The notes beneath the pieces were generated by a model that worked only from the letters and a program-made list of their open reading frames with translations, searched no databases and was not told the origin of the DNA. A stretch of 64,000 nucleotides of DNA from the human T2T-CHM13v2.0 reference genome, Homo sapiens: assembly GCF_009914755.1 (NCBI RefSeq), contig NC_060926.1, one strand, 5' to 3'. This document shows positions 1 to 14,270 of this stretch, one piece after another (within the stretch, counting starts at the first letter, position 1; every line of letters starts with the position of its first letter). A program made the translations under genes and the position numbers.

Positions 1-121
1 TCATAGAGATGGGGTTTCGCCATGTTGCCCTGGCTGGTCTCGAGCTTCTGGGCTCAAGTGATCTGCCCACCTCAGCCTCCCAAAGTGCTAGGATTACGGG
101 TGTGAGCCACCGCACCCAGCC
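1..121 (-). mobile_element. Alu (J-type) left arm, truncated by window edge
   Basis: ggggtttcgccatgttgccc...ggctcaagtgatctgcccacctcagcctcccaaagtgctaggattac...gagccaccgcacccagcc is the reverse complement of the Alu 5' arm; 'gggctcaag' is J-like. Confidence 0.93.
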
Positions 122-649
122 AAGTCTTCCACTCTTTGCCAAGGGTTTCCCTGGGGATATCTTACTTCCTGGACCATCATCCTTATAAGTTTTTCACCAG
201 TCTCTTGTTTGCCCCATCTGTTGTCACTATCTCAGGCATCTGTGATGCTAAATAGTTGCTGCTTATTGTTTTCTACAAATACCCTGAGGATAGGATTTTT
301 TTCCTCGGTACCTGGACTATAAGACCAGTAAGCTTACAGGTTGTCCGTGTACCAGAGGTAGGTCCCCCCAGGCCCCGACTCTGCCGTCCACCTGGAGTAT
401 AGTCCTGCCTTTATGTGAATATCTTAACTTTAGCCATTTGCTCTCTGGTTATCAGGGCCAGTAACTCCCTGCCCCCACCAGTCTCTACAACATCACTCAC
501 CACAGTTAAAATTTTGATTTTTAGTTACTTCTTTGTTTTTTCCTCCAGATTAATTCTGTTTACTTTCTTGAAAGCTCAGCTTCGCATTTAAAAAGATGTA
601 ATATTTTACTCAGTATTTCTAGAAGAATGAAAGACCTCATTTTCTTAAT

Positions 650-1245
650 GAATGAATTTATTTCAAACATACAGAGAAATAAAGAATCATGTAACAAAAG
701 CCCATCTGCCTACTTCTTAGCTTTAAGAATGTTTACATTTAATCACATTTAATTTAAAAAATTGAAAGGAAGTAATGGTATATCTGAGGTCCCCTTTATG
801 CCCCTTCCTTATCTCATACCCCTCCTTCTGTCTCCAAAGGTGATCAATATTCTGAAATGAGTGGGTATCTTTTTCCCCTATGTACGGATGCATTTTCCAC
901 ATAAGGAGTATGTCAATTCATGAGTTTAAAATTTACATAATGCCATCTTTGTAAATATTCTTCTGCATTTTTTTAATTGTTGACCAAAATGGTTATCTAG
1001 GTTTTTCCATGTAGATACATCGAGCTCTAGTACGTTCACTTCAACCTAGGTATAATGTTTCATTGTATGAAAATATCTCAATTTATTCATCCTTTCATCT
1101 ATTAGTGGATATTTGGATTATTTCTAATTTTTTGACACTACCTAGAAAGCTGCACTGTCTTTGTGCATATTTCCTTGAGTTCACCTGCAAAAGTTTCTAC
1201 CATATAGAAGTGTAACTGCTGGATGGTAGAATGCACATCTACAAC
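650..1245 (-). mobile_element. Old L1 (L1M-type) 3' fragment
   Basis: AT-rich; motifs such as 'cattgtatgaaaatatctcaatttattcatcc...gtggatatttggattatttctaattt' resemble antisense L1M 3' sequence. Boundaries approximate. Confidence 0.65.
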
Positions 1246-1577
1246 CACAGGTGATCTCCCTCATAGAGTCTCTTGTGGTTCTCTGGCTGGAAGTAATATT
1301 CTCTTGCCCCACTGTGGAGTGCTGTTTATTTCTATTCCGTTGCATTACCTTCACTTTGCCTTGTGCCATGGTTTGTATGCATGTCCCCTCTCACCAACTG
1401 AAATCCACAAGATTCAATTTTCCTGGAGGACATGTTCATTAGAGCATCCCCCATGGGGGCACGTACACAGTAGTCACTGGATAAGTATCACTGTTTAAAA
1501 ACCTGTACCAGGTCGAAGTTCACCAGGGAGGCTTCAACTTTCCATCTTTCTCCCTTGAGTATTTAAACTCAGCTAAG

Positions 1578-1631
1578 TTCCTCAAATATTTTTGAGCAAG
1601 TCTGGAGATGAGTATCATGAGATGGGTTTGG
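1578..1631 (+). repeat. 54-bp dispersed duplicate, copy 1 (copy 2 at 3510-3563)
   Basis: ttcctcaaatatttttgagcaagtctggagatgagtatcatgagatgggtttgg; 51/54 identical to 3510-3563. Confidence 0.9.
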
Positions 1632-2794
1632 GTTGGGATCAAGGTTGTCTCCATGTGGAAATTTTGGCTAAACCCTTCTTCCTGCTGTGAAATGCAAGCT
1701 TCCTCATGAGCTGCCAACTCAGGCAAACATCTTTGATTGTGGGGAAGTGGGCATTTGAGGTTTGTAATAATTTGGATATGGCTGGGGGGATGTTAGCCTT
1801 TGTTGAACCAACCCTTTCTTCGTGGAAGTACAAAAAAGGTAGTAAGAAAATGGTGTCAGGAGAGACATTCAAACAAGACATTTTAAAACACATGTGAAGC
1901 TCGCTCATTCACATATAAACAAGTGCTTTGCTGGTTATAGCTGATTCTTAGCTGGTCCTTGAAGCAGTTCCCCAAGGGCCTCTGCTGGTCACACATGGTT
2001 CCCATTTACCATATCTATTTGAAAGTCGTAAAACTGCCTTTCTTCAAAAGTACTGTAAAGCACAATAATTCACTCTCATCTGCCCCTAGGTTGTCCAGAT
2101 CAGCTCGTCCAACAGTTTCATGTGATCACAGTTACCCACAGCCCCTCATGAAGGCACATTCTGTCCAGACGGGAAGAAACCATTGGCCTACCAGCTTAAA
2201 ATGACAGCAGAGTTCAGTGCATACCTCCTTGGACAGATACATCTGCCCTGCACACTCAGTTGGCAGCCCTGACTCAGGCACCATCCCCTGCATGCAACAT
2301 GTTCACCTTGGGTACACGTGGCACTGCTCACTGTTGCTGGGGCCTGTGGATGGAAGTCCCACCTTCCTGGTCAATATAAGAAGACTGGAGAGAGCTAAGA
2401 GTTGGTGGTGTTTGGGGGAGTGTGCAGCTCTCATACAGAGGAAAGCCTTGTCTTCCCATCCAATGGGCAGGGGGGAAAGAGCCCTTTCTCTTCCTTAAAA
2501 TCAAAGGAGGGGACACCAAGTGACCCTTTCTTAAAAGTCCCATTATGCATCTTTCCTGGATCAAAAAAACATTCGCCCACATTTACATTTCTTTTTGGAA
2601 AGTTTTAAAAACCTTTTGAAGGTGCTTGCAAAATGCTTTTTATAGTTTGAAGGTACTTACAAAATAGGAGGATGGAATTTCCAGTCCACCCTTGCATGAC
2701 CTGAGCAGGAATTTCAGTTCACCCCTGTGTGATCTGAGAGTTGGCAGAAGGAAGGGGAGAGTACCTCTCTCACTCTGGGCAAGGCTGGGGCTCC

Positions 2795-2990
2795 TGTCTT
2801 AGTTTGGACTGCTGGAACAGAATACCATAGACGCAGTGGCTTAGAAACAACAGACATGTACTTCTCACAGTTCTGGAGGCTGGAAATCCAAGATCAAGCA
2901 CACAAAGCAAGGCAAAGATGCTGTGAGGAAGAGGCTGGTCTCTGCTTTGCCTCAGTTCCAGTTTCCATTCCTCGCCACACACATCCTTAC
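2795..2990 (-). mobile_element. MLT1 (MaLR) LTR fragment
   Basis: tgtcttagtttggactgctggaacagaataccatagac...cttctcacagttctggaggctggaaatccaagatcaag is the classic MLT1 LTR end in antisense. Confidence 0.85.
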
Positions 2991-3509
2991 AAACGGAATG
3001 CCTAGAAAGCTGTGACTCACAGGGTCCCTTCTCTCAGTGGTGTTGCTTCAAAAGAACAGAGCTGAGAAACCAAATCTTAGGTCATTATAACTTCAGTTCT
3101 TTCCTTGTATTTTGCAGTCCCAAAGGGGGATAGCGGACCACATGGAGACCTCTTAGCCCACCCCCCATTTCTCTATCAGCCTCTGTGCCTCCCTGGGCAC
3201 AATTCTTTCTCCTCCAACCTCAGAGCTACCCCCAGCACTAGCCCAGCACCTCTCTGATCTTCCTCCCCTTTCCCTTTTGCTTCCAAGTTTGTGTTTCTGT
3301 TCCAAAGAACCACTTTGCAAGACAGGCCCTCTTCAAGGGTGAGGAGTGAAGGGAAGATGTGGGCCAGTCAGAGCTCCCTTAGCAGGAAAGGAGAGAAAGG
3401 CTTGGGGCAATCTCTGGTTAACAATTTTTGTCCTGTTAAACAATAAGCACTTAAGTTCTTTGTAGCCTTATGGCCCTGTCAAGGACACTATGTGACCCAG
3501 AGCTGCTTA

Positions 3510-3563
3510 TTCCTCAAGTATTTTTGAGCAAGTCTGGAGTTGAGTACCATGAGATGGGTTTGG
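3510..3563 (+). repeat. 54-bp dispersed duplicate, copy 2
   Basis: ttcctcaagtatttttgagcaagtctggagttgagtaccatgagatgggtttgg; 3 mismatches to 1578-1631. Confidence 0.9.
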
Positions 3564-3590
3564 TACTCATCTCTAAACTTCAGGTTCCTA

Positions 3591-4148
<558 letters not shown>

Positions 4149-5399
4149 CCCTTAAGGTTCTTTAGATTTACCTGGGGGTGCTGATTCCTGCCTCATGGTG
4201 GCCAGGAGGGTTGAATGGCTGACCTGTGAGAAGCAGAGTATCCGCCTGAGCCTAGTGGCTCTGTGGACACACAGGAACGTGGGAGTGCAGCTACTTGCAG
4301 CTCAGGAGATATTACTCCAGTAGAGCCCCACCTCCCAGCACTGGCGGCTTCTTTTCAGCACCTGAACCTAGCTCCTTCAGGGCTAGGTCCTGAAGTCCTT
4401 CTTTCAGATGTTCTGGGCTCCCTGGTTCTCCCAGTCTTTCCATAAGACCTGGCCCGGCTTTGCCTCCTGTTTTCTCAGGTGTTGGAGGAAGCGATGTTCC
4501 TCGAGTTCCTGGTCAGTTTGATTTGATGCTCCTTGATGGTGCGCCTATCGTGCCCCAGGCTTTGCTGAGGGGGCCTCTGGCATTAATTTTTGGAGGTGTC
4601 AAACTGGGGACTGGCTGAGAAATATTCCTTCTTGGAATCCCAGCCAGAAGGGCTTCCCTGCTCAGGCCAGTGCCCCACATGAGTCAATGCCCTTCCCTGG
4701 GTCCAGTATCTCTGCACTTGCCTTGTTCCCTTTGCTGCTCTGCCTGAGTCAGGTCCCCTGGGTCCTCCTAGACAGCCGGGCCATGATCCTAACTTCCCAG
4801 GGCCCTTCCCTCCTGCCCTAGACAGGTACCCTGAGGGCCAGCAATCCTGCTGCCCCCTGCCACTGCCCTGGGACTGACTTTTGGAATCAAAGGTGGAAAG
4901 CTGGGAGAAGGAAGGAAGGAAGCAGAAAGGGAAGGAAGGAAGGGAGTGGAGGGGTGGGAGTTAGAAAGCCACCCCTGTCGCAGGGCTGCAGGGAGAAGCT
5001 CCCAGGGTTCTATCTGTAGAGGAGCAAACTGTCTGGCACATAGTAAGCACTCCCTGCAAATACGCCAGGGTGGCTGTGGGTCTCATGTGTTGGTTTATCC
5101 ATTTCTGAGAACCCAGGGGAGGAAGAATGCCTGCTACGCTTGCCTCCCGTCGCTTGGTTGGCCTGAGGGCCAAGAAAACCAGCACAAAAGCTGAACAGTC
5201 TGCGCCCCATGGGGGCTCCCCTGGGGTATGGGCTGTTCCAACTGTGCAGGGCATGGATTCACCTTTGCTGTCTGTGAACAAAGCAGGACCAGTGTCAACA
5301 GGACACTTGAGCAGCTGGGACTGAGAAGCGGTTTAACCCACTTAGCGAATCTGCTGCTTAGAAACACAAACAAATAACGAGTGTGCTAATTACCAGTGA

Positions 5400-5580
5400 C
5401 AACAAGCCTTGATCATTTCAACACCCATCAGTCATCTCATTTAAATCTCCCGACAGCCTGCGAGATAGGACAGTGTTCTTCCTGTCCAGGATCTACAGAT
5501 GAGGTCACGGAGAGCCAGGGGGGTGAGGAAACTTGGGCAAGTCAACACGGCTGAGCCCAGACTCACACTTAGGCCTGAGC
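5400..5580 (-). mobile_element. MIR
   Basis: catctcatttaaatctcccgacagcctgcgagatagg...tacagatgagg...acttgggcaagtcaacacggct resembles the MIR core in antisense. Confidence 0.7.
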
Positions 5581-5824
5581 ATCACCTCTTCCTGCCTGTT
5601 TCCCATCCCATCCACTCATTCCTGGTGGTCCTTGGCCAGCGAGGGAGTTGGTGGTAGTTTGGAGTGTCCGTCTCTCCCGATGGTGGAGTGGTGACCACTG
5701 TCTCAGCACCCACAGGAGGGGAGGCCACCCCAGGATAGTCCCAGCATTTGGGCAGTTCAGGTCTCAGGTTCCCCGGGCTATTATGCTGCTGGTGAACTGG
5801 GGGCTTGGAGTGGGGCAGGGGCAG

Positions 5825-5990
5825 GAACATGGGCCTTGGAGTCAGTCAGGCCTAGGATTCCAAACCCAAGCAAGGGCTTAGAAACCATGTGACTCCAGGT
5901 GAGTCACCTTCTGTGCCTGAACCGCATTTCCTTCAACTATAAGCTGGTTGGGCAGGGGGTATAATAATTCCAGTTTCTGATAATTGCCTT
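5825..5990 (+). mobile_element. MIR
   Basis: catgggccttggagtcagtcaggcctaggattccaaaccc...tgtgactccaggtgagtcac. Confidence 0.65.
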
Positions 5991-6299
5991 GAGTAGGTGC
6001 ACAAGAAATGTTCTTTCATCTCTGTGGCCACGGAGCCCTCACAATCACCCAGGAGGAGGCTGTGCAGCGTGAGGGAGGCCTCTGTCTGATGGTAGGTGAG
6101 AAGAAGGCCAAGGGCAAAGGAGGCTGGAAAGGGAATAACATCTCAGCGTCTTCCCCAGCCAGAGACCCCTTGAATGTATCTGCAGCCCTCTGTAGTGTCT
6201 CAAGTGCTGGACACACTTAACCCAGGATGGTTATCAGCCCATTTTACAGTTGAAGCTGCGGCCTGGAGGCAAGGGAGTTCCCTTTACATGCCCAGCTTG

Positions 6300-6490
6300 C
6301 TTTGGGCACTGTGGCACCTTATTTCATCCTGATAAGACCCTATGAGGTAGTCTATATTATATCCATTTATTGCTGAGGCAACTGAGGCTCAGGGAGGAGT
6401 AATTGACCCAGGGTCACACAGCTCCCAGATGGGGAAATAAGGTTGATACTCAATGGAATCTAACTACAAAGCCTGTGCTCATTCTGCCCC
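6300..6490 (-). mobile_element. MIR
   Basis: ccctatgaggtagtctatattatatccattt...gaggcaactgaggctcagggagg...gacccagggtcacacagct. Confidence 0.8.
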
Positions 6491-9289
6491 ACCACGAGGA
6501 CAGGACAAATGCCCTGCTCCATTCTGGATGGACTCCCAGTCCAGTGCTCTTTTCTTGACCCATATTACCCTTTTCTGTGCGGAGCCTTCAGGGGACACTA
6601 AGTTAAGAGATGATGGCTGTGCTTTTGCCTTCTTGGGGCCACCCCATTTCCAGTGCGCTCCCACTTGGCTATGGCTTGACTTCCTGGAATGAGAGTGAAA
6701 GATCAGTGCCCTGAGAACCCCCCACTGTGCAGCTCAGCCCCACGGCTTTCACATGACCTCTTCCCTGTTTGGAAGAGCTGGCTCCGGTTTGCACAGTCCT
6801 TTTTCCCAGCTACGAGTCCTTGCATTCAGCAGGGCTGCTGGGTGGGTGCTCCTCCGTCACCAGCACCATGGCTTGCACCTGCGCAGGATGGACGCCTGAC
6901 CCATCAGCCCTGCCTGGGTAGGCCAGGTGCCGCTCTGGATCTAGGAGGCCATCCCCTGGGGCCAAGGTGGTCGCTTCTCCCAAGCGGTCATGTGGTTCAA
7001 CGCTCTGATTTCTGTGGCCCCGGACGGCGGGTGGAGGACGGGGTGTGAAAGGGTTAATGTAATTTTGGCTGTGATTCCATTTTGGCATCTGCAAGTCAAC
7101 TTAATAGGCTCTCAGTTTTCCTGTTGCCTCACCGATGAAACAGAAACCAGACCACAAGGGGGTCTGGAGATGTTTAACCGGCGATGCCTCCTGGTGGGCA
7201 GCAGGGCCTCCTCCGAGATAGCACCAGAAATGACTGCTAGAAACTCGGCCGTGCTGGGCTTCTGGGTCACCAGGACAAGGGAAGGGGCAGGGAACTGGGG
7301 TGCCCTGGAAAGTCCAGCTCTAGGCAGAGGGGAAAGAAGGTGGGTGCAGGGTCCACAGATTCATGCTGGGATCCTGGCTCCCCGACCTTGAGATCTTTGA
7401 TCCTTAGCCTGCCAGGGGTTTCTGCCTCTCAGGATTCAGTACCTACGAGAGCACTGAGCTTGGCACAGAGTATGTCCAGCTCAATAACTGCCAGCCCTGC
7501 TGAACTTCTGGCTTCTCTCTCTCCTGCTCTCCTTCTCCCTGGGCCTTTGCAATGCCTGTGCTCTCGTCCTGAAGCCCCGTTGCTTCTGTTCATTTCCTGA
7601 CCAGCTCCTACTCATTCTTCAGATCTCAGTTTGAATGTCACTTCCTCCAGGAAGACCTCTGCAACTGGACTAGGGATCCTACCTTGGGCCCCATGTAAAC
7701 CTCTGGGTGTCCTGAACATTCCCTTTCAGCCTTGTCCCCACCGCATCCCTTAGTCCCTTGCCCTCACCCCCATTACATTTCCCTGGTCTTCCTGTGCCTG
7801 TGGGGCGGGGCTGGAATGTGGCTCAAAGCCCGAGCAGAGGTTCTGCAGAAGGGCTACCCGTTCACTACCTTGAATGTGGCCAGGAAATGATTGGGGGGTG
7901 GAGGGCAGGTCACCAGTGCCCTGACCCACCCAGGTGCCCTCTGGTTGCTGTGAGCAAGGGGATTTAGGCAATCCCAATGTCGGGACTCTCCTGCCAGGAT
8001 CGCTTTTCTCTCCGAGGTGGTTTTCATTATTTTTCATTCCCAGACTATTTTGGAAGCTGGCTGCCATGGGAACTGAGTCTTTGGAAAGCCCTGGCCTCTT
8101 TTCTCCTCCTGCCCCCACCACTCCCTCCTTCCATCTCCATTCCCTCTTAATTGGTTTTTAGTTCCCTGGCTTTCAGGCCTGTCTGTTTATTTTGATTGCA
8201 ACTCCACAGAACAAATCTTTAATGAACCAGCTTGCGGGGAGAGCCATTAGCAGCCGCCTGCCTCGAGGGAGTGGGGGAGGTGCCTGGCCAGGCTACAGTC
8301 TCGGCTGCCCCAGGGAGGAGGCGGTGGCCAGGCATGGGGTAGCAGCCCGTGTTTTGGTTTCAGTCTTCCTTCGGGTACAGTCTGGAGGTAAAGGAACAGA
8401 GTTTGCCTTCCCTAAGCTGTCTGGAACCTCAGCCAAGATGACCTCAAAGTCTTTTAAACAACCCAGGGGCCTTCAAAGTGTTCCCCGGTCCTCCCATTGG
8501 CCCCAAGAGGGATGTCCTCTGAGTAACCTCACTACAGAGGAGGGGAGTGAGGCTCAGAGAAATTGAGAAGCTCAAGTCACCCAGCCAGCAACCCGTGGCT
8601 CAATAAACCCTGACCAGGGGCTTCCCCATCATGCCTAGGATAAAGGTACCCCCAGTTTCCCAGGAGTGTCACTTGTCCTTAGGCCAAATTGGCAGCTGAT
8701 AGTCCAGGCTAGGCTCTACCAGGCCCTAGTTTTCTGGAGCAAATACCTCCTTGTCTTGTGCCTTGGTTTCCCCATCTCTAAAATAAAGACATATGGGCCT
8801 CACACTATTTATAGGACTTCTTCTTAGACTGGATGAGATTGTATGTGTCCAAGATCCTGGAAAGCAGAAAACATATGTGCGTGTGCGTGTTGTTATTATT
8901 AAGAGCAGAGTACAGACAATCCATGCAGTTCCCTTACCTATAGCAGGCCTATTGATTGGCCCCATCTTCAGGGCAACCTCAGTAGATGTGGTTAGTTTTC
9001 CTTTTCATATTGACCCTATTCTGCCAGAGCCACTAATCTTAGAAGCATAGGGTAGTAGAGCAGGGAGGTGTCTCAGAGATCAAGCCCAGCAGTTTTGGAA
9101 CTTCTGTGACTGGGACCTTGAGGAATCCAGGGGTGGGCTCCAGTCTCCTCCCCATCTTCAGTCCAAAGGGCTCTGCTTTTCTCTGCTCTCTGTCATGGGG
9201 GCGTGTGGTATTTCTTTAGAAAGGAAGCCTCCTTTGCTGTCCTGGTCCTGGTTGGCTCTCCAACATATGTTCACACCAGGCAGTGATCT

Positions 9290-10015
9290 CACTTTCCTGT
9301 TCAGTGATTGGTTTAGGAATAGGCACTTCTGGCCAGTATAGGTAAGGAGAAGTCTGCTGGGGGCTCATGGGAAAGGTTTCTTGCTCTTAAAAATGGCACA
9401 CAGGCCAGGCTTGGTGGCTTACACTTGTAATCCCAGCACTTTGGGAGGCCAAGGTGGGAGGATGGCTTGAGCCCAGGAGTTCAAGACCAGCCTAGGCAAC
9501 ATGGTGAGACCTTGTCTCTACAGAAATCTTAAAAATTAGCCAGGTGTGGTGGTTCAGCCCTGAGGAGCTGTGGTCCCACCTACTCAGGCAGCTGAGGTGA
9601 GAGAATCACTTGAGCCCAGGAGGTTGAGGCTGCAGTGAGCTGTGTTCATACCACTCTGGCTTGGGCAATGGTGTGAGACCCTGTTTCTGAAAAAAGGAAC
9701 ACAAGAAAGATGGATTCTCTTCTTCCTTGACTGCTATTGTGCCTGGCACTGTGGAAGCCAGCCTGTGCCCATGAAGGAAGCTAGAATCCATGGAGAACTG
9801 CAGAGTGCCTGATGACCTTGGGAAGCAGCTACCAAACCATTTCCGAAGTGTCTCTGGACTTCTTGTTACCCCCAATGATACATTTCTTTGTTGTTTAAAC
9901 TGTTATGCTATTTTTGGTTTTTGTTTCTCTCTGTGTGTCCTTTTATGGTTTTGGCTGTTTATTTTTGTCTGCCCGCTTGATTTTGCTATTTTTAGCCGAA
10001 TGCAAACTAATTTAT
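9290..10015 (+). mobile_element. MLT1J/K-like MaLR LTR, interrupted by AluJ
   Basis: gtgattggtttaggaataggca...gaagtctgctggggg...gggaaaggtttc; 3' part ctctggacttcttgttac...ttgtttaaac. Confidence 0.7.
9403..9695 (+). mobile_element. AluJ
   Basis: Full dimer; 'gggaggatggcttgagcccaggag' and 'gaggctgcagtgagctgtg' are J diagnostics. Confidence 0.95.
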
Positions 10016-10434
10016 ATAGTTTGAAAATTGCAGACCTAGCTAAATCTCCTCTTTTCAAAGACGGGGTGACTGAAACCTAGGGGGATGGAGAATGACTGGA
10101 TTGAGGTCATGCCCTGATTCACGGCAGAGATGGGTTGGGATCCCAGGATTCCTGACTGCTGGCCCAGCACCCTTCTCTTAGATTCACAGCCTGGGATCTT
10201 ATATGCTAGGTTATCTCAGCTAGCATTGTCCCCTGGTCCCAGGAGGATCCAGACAAGCCAGGGAGGCCCTGCAAGGCTGAGGGAGTTGGGACCAAGGTGG
10301 GAACAACAAACCGAGGGCCTCTTCCACTGTTCTTGTGGGCAACTTCTGAAAAGCACATAGCAGGTGCATAACCTGTTCCTGCACCAGCTGTGGGCTCATG
10401 GAAAGAAGAAGAAAACTGAGGGGTTCAAGGTTTC

Positions 10435-11280
<846 letters not shown>

Positions 11281-11369
11281 GCACTTCTACAGACACTCAG
11301 CAGGGCAACCGAGCCAGGAGGAAAAGTAGAGGGTAATATCCCCTCTCTGAAAGCTCCGAAGCTGCTCAG

Positions 11370-12135
11370 GCTTCTAGCTGCTGCCTCCAGCGTCTTCTTC
11401 TCTAAATCATCTCTTTCACAGATGTCAGACTAATCTTCCCACAGCACCCACTCTGTCATATTGCTTCTTTACCTGAAATCTCCCTTTGCTCGTAGGATGT
11501 GGTCCTGCTTCCTTGGCCTGGTATTTAAGGTTCTTCCGGATCGGGCTGCAAACCACCTCTCTGGCCTGATTCACCTCGTAGCCCCATCCTCAGCTTGTGT
11601 TCTGCCCCACTTAGGCAGTGCCTTCACTTGGTTTCAGGGGCCATCTCCTGTCCTTCCTGTCTGACAGAATCCTACCACGTTTAGGGTCACCTCCTCCCCA
11701 AAGATGACTCTACTGCCCTAGACCTCCCTGTGGTTTCTGGAACATACCTTATGCTACTCCGATCAACTATTTGTCATATAGCAACCACTTCAGGATTTAA
11801 GTTTTTTGAAGGGTGAAAACCCACCCCCTCTGTTTCTATACTCACATCTTACATGTAGAGGCTCAATAAATACCTTTTCACTCAAAATAATTCTTCTCTG
11901 GCAACCTCAAGCCAAGAGCTCTGGAAGTGTCCTTGGAATTTGATGGGTTTCAAAATACATACTTGACAATATGCTTGCAGTGATTTGAAAAGCTGGCAAT
12001 GTTCAAGTTTGCTTTAACTGCTGTGACTGTTATTAACAGATAGGCAAGGATCCTATTTGCCTTGTCTAACACTGTGTTCCCAACACATAGCATGGTAGCT
12101 GGCACTCATAGGCACTGAACAAATACTTGTTGAAA
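11370..12135 (+). mobile_element. L2 3' fragments
   Basis: L2-like body (ccttggcctggtatttaagg...) and two L2-type tails: 'gtagaggctcaataaata' (~11855) and 'ggcactcataggcactgaacaaatacttgttgaa' (~12100). Confidence 0.6.
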
Positions 12136-12677
12136 CTGACATAAGAAGGTACTTCTGAACCACTAATAGTTGGATCCAGTATGCCTGATTCCTTATCTTG
12201 CCCCAAGACTTGGCTTGCAGCTTGGAAAGAGCTCTTCTCTATCCTGGTGGGAGGAATTGAGAAGCCAAACCCCTAAGACCCCTAAGAGAAGCCACCCAAG
12301 GCCTCTCCCCAACTGTACTTGTCCAGAGGTCGGGGTCCAGGCCTAGCAAAAAAATGTCACCAAGACCTCAAGTGCCCTCCCATGCTTTTGCGCTCCCATC
12401 TCCATTGTTTTGAAGGGTCACATGCACATGCTGTAGCGACAGGGGAGGCTGGGAAGTCACACAGCTGGTGTGCTCAGCCCTGGTGGGAAGTGAAGAGCAG
12501 GGAAGGAAGGGTATTTGGGCAGGCAACAAACAGCATATGCCATCATTTTGTTTGAGGACAGGGAATAGGAGCTTGGAGAGACTGAGTGGTCTGCTCAATG
12601 TCCTACAGTAGGTCAGTGGCAGAGCTGAGCTCTGTCTGACTCTAAAACCCTGCTACTTCCTTTCTATTACCTTCATG

Positions 12678-12714
12678 GTGCAGGACAAAGGGGTGACTGC
12701 AGAGCATATACGGG
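12678..12714 (+). repeat. Left copy of 37-bp direct repeat flanking the NUMT
   Basis: gtgcaggacaaaggggtgactgcagagcatatacggg; identical to 12961-12998 apart from one extra C in the right copy. Confidence 0.95.
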
Positions 12715-12960
12715 TCTACATTTAACATTCCAGCCTAACATAACTACCCTAAGGTGTTAATTAATCCATGCTTGAAGGACATAGTAACTAATCAATAGAC
12801 AAACACAATCATTTCCCTTCAGAAGCTTCCTATGGTAAAAATCCACAACCCCTCTCTTCCCCCACCTCTGACCTTATTATTAACCTAGAATAATAATAAC
12901 CCTTGACAAACCCCAAAAACAAGAGGCTAAAATTCAACCCAGCCAGAGCCCAAATAATCA
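12715..12960 (+). other. NUMT: diverged nuclear copy of mitochondrial control region (CSB1-CSB2-CSB3; roughly human m.165-400)
   Basis: gtgttaattaatccatgcttgaaggacata (12754-12783) matches mt gtgttaattaattaatgcttgtaggacata (CSB1). acaacccctctcttccccc (12845-12863) is CSB2-like. tgacaaaccccaaaaaca (12904-12921) matches mt tgccaaaccccaaaaaca (CSB3). Order and spacing are collinear, and the strand is G-poor like the mt L-strand. Confidence 0.9.
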
Positions 12961-12998
12961 GTGCAGGACAAAGGGGTGCACTGCAGAGCATATACGGG
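12961..12998 (+). repeat. Right copy of direct repeat flanking the NUMT
   Basis: gtgcaggacaaaggggtgcactgcagagcatatacggg. Confidence 0.95.
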
Positions 12999-13169
12999 GC
13001 TGGATAGGGCAGTTCAGACGCTAGGAACCTCCATCGTAGGGACCGCTGAGCTTGGCGTTTCAGACACAGGCCCTCTGGATTTGTAACTCCTTTGTCTTGA
13101 AAATGGACTCTATTGGGTAGGGATGAAATAGGATGGAAAGGAGAGACTATCTGCCTTTATCTTTGTAAA

Positions 13170-14270
<1,101 letters not shown>

